Positions 63,092 through 64,000 of a stretch of DNA of 64,000 bases are shown here, one piece after another. A program made the position numbers and the translations under genes. The stretch's first letter is position 1, and each line of letters begins with the position of its first letter. The DNA comes from Tubulanus polymorphus (taxonomy: Eukaryota; Animalia; Nemertea): NCBI RefSeq assembly GCF_964204645.1, contig NC_134029.1, positions 15,246,950-15,310,949 on the forward strand. Reading direction: 5' to 3'. The notes beneath the pieces were generated by a model. That model worked only from the letters and a program-made list of their open reading frames with translations. It was not told where the DNA came from and did not search any database.

Positions 63092-64000
63092 CCCTCATTA
63101 TTGTTGGAAAACTAAACGTTCGGCACTGACTAAAAATTAGTAATAACATTTCAGAAAAAATTTTAACTTAGGTTCTATCTCATTTTTATTTTACAATTGC
63201 GATTGGTATAATTTTTTTTTAAACGGCCGTTAAGGCTTCATGTTTCGTCTGCAATTCACTGCAAATAGTTACGCAACTACGCACATTTCAGTGTTTTTGG
63301 CAGCTGTACACTCAATCGGTACCGTTCGTGACTAGCTTCACTGCGGAATTATCATTAATTAACATCGCCATATCACATTATCAACTTATATTGCGCCTTA
63401 AAACCCTAACAGCCGAAATAATTGAAATGCACACACGATTTATATCATTGAAAATTGAGAGAGTGGCCATGTTTGTGTTTGCTGGTTCGCGTAAATCCCG
63501 CGCGGTGGCGCAACCGCGCGGAGTGGGCCGATACGTCCAGTAGTAGTCCAGTGATTTACCCACTGTGCCATAGAACGTAACTGCAGGGTGGATGAAATTT
63601 GATTTACAAATGGCCTAGCCTCACCTAACCCAAACTCTATTCTTTCACGCATGCGCGTTTGCAGATCATAGGAACTCACGTACGGCGTTTGTAGGGAACT
63701 CACGAAAGGTTAACCTGTGGATATCACCGTACAGTCACGTACGGGTAACAACTTCGTACTTAAAATGGCAATGGCTACTATATAACAGGCCTATAGACAA
63801 ACAAATACCGGTAGGCTTTCTTAGCTTCCAAACTTCACAACCGAACCAACTGACCAACCAGTATATTCTAGTCCCAGTACGCACCAACCGGCACAGGCCT
63901 AACACTGTTTGTCAACTGTGTGTACCGTAGTAGGCTATCGATAATCACCTGATACTTTTCTATCGTTTGTTTTCTCTCTGAGACGAACGTAATTCTAGTA

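Overview
AT-rich eukaryotic (probably invertebrate animal) genomic DNA. Eight short phase-1 exons of a + strand fibrillin-like gene (EGF, TB/8-Cys and calcium-binding EGF domains, 18651-58522) are separated by very large introns packed with mobile elements. The dominant passengers are Polinton/Maverick (adintovirus-like) elements: one with intact ends (31949-42172; 93-bp TIRs, 6-bp TSD CCCGTT) and about four degraded remnants. Also present are a two-gene PIF/Harbinger transposon, a near full-length CR1/L2-group LINE, Penelope-like fragments (one with a hammerhead-like motif), a tRNA-derived SINE, Helentron-like elements and MITEs. The highlight is in the bounded Polinton: its protein-primed DNA polymerase B carries a ~355-codon intein with a LAGLIDADG homing endonuclease, inserted in the catalytic YxD^TDS motif and resembling giant-virus PolB inteins. 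Intein-free alleles of the same site occur elsewhere in this window, and most Polinton genes start within a TAAATG motif. All calls come from reading motifs by eye; no searches were run.
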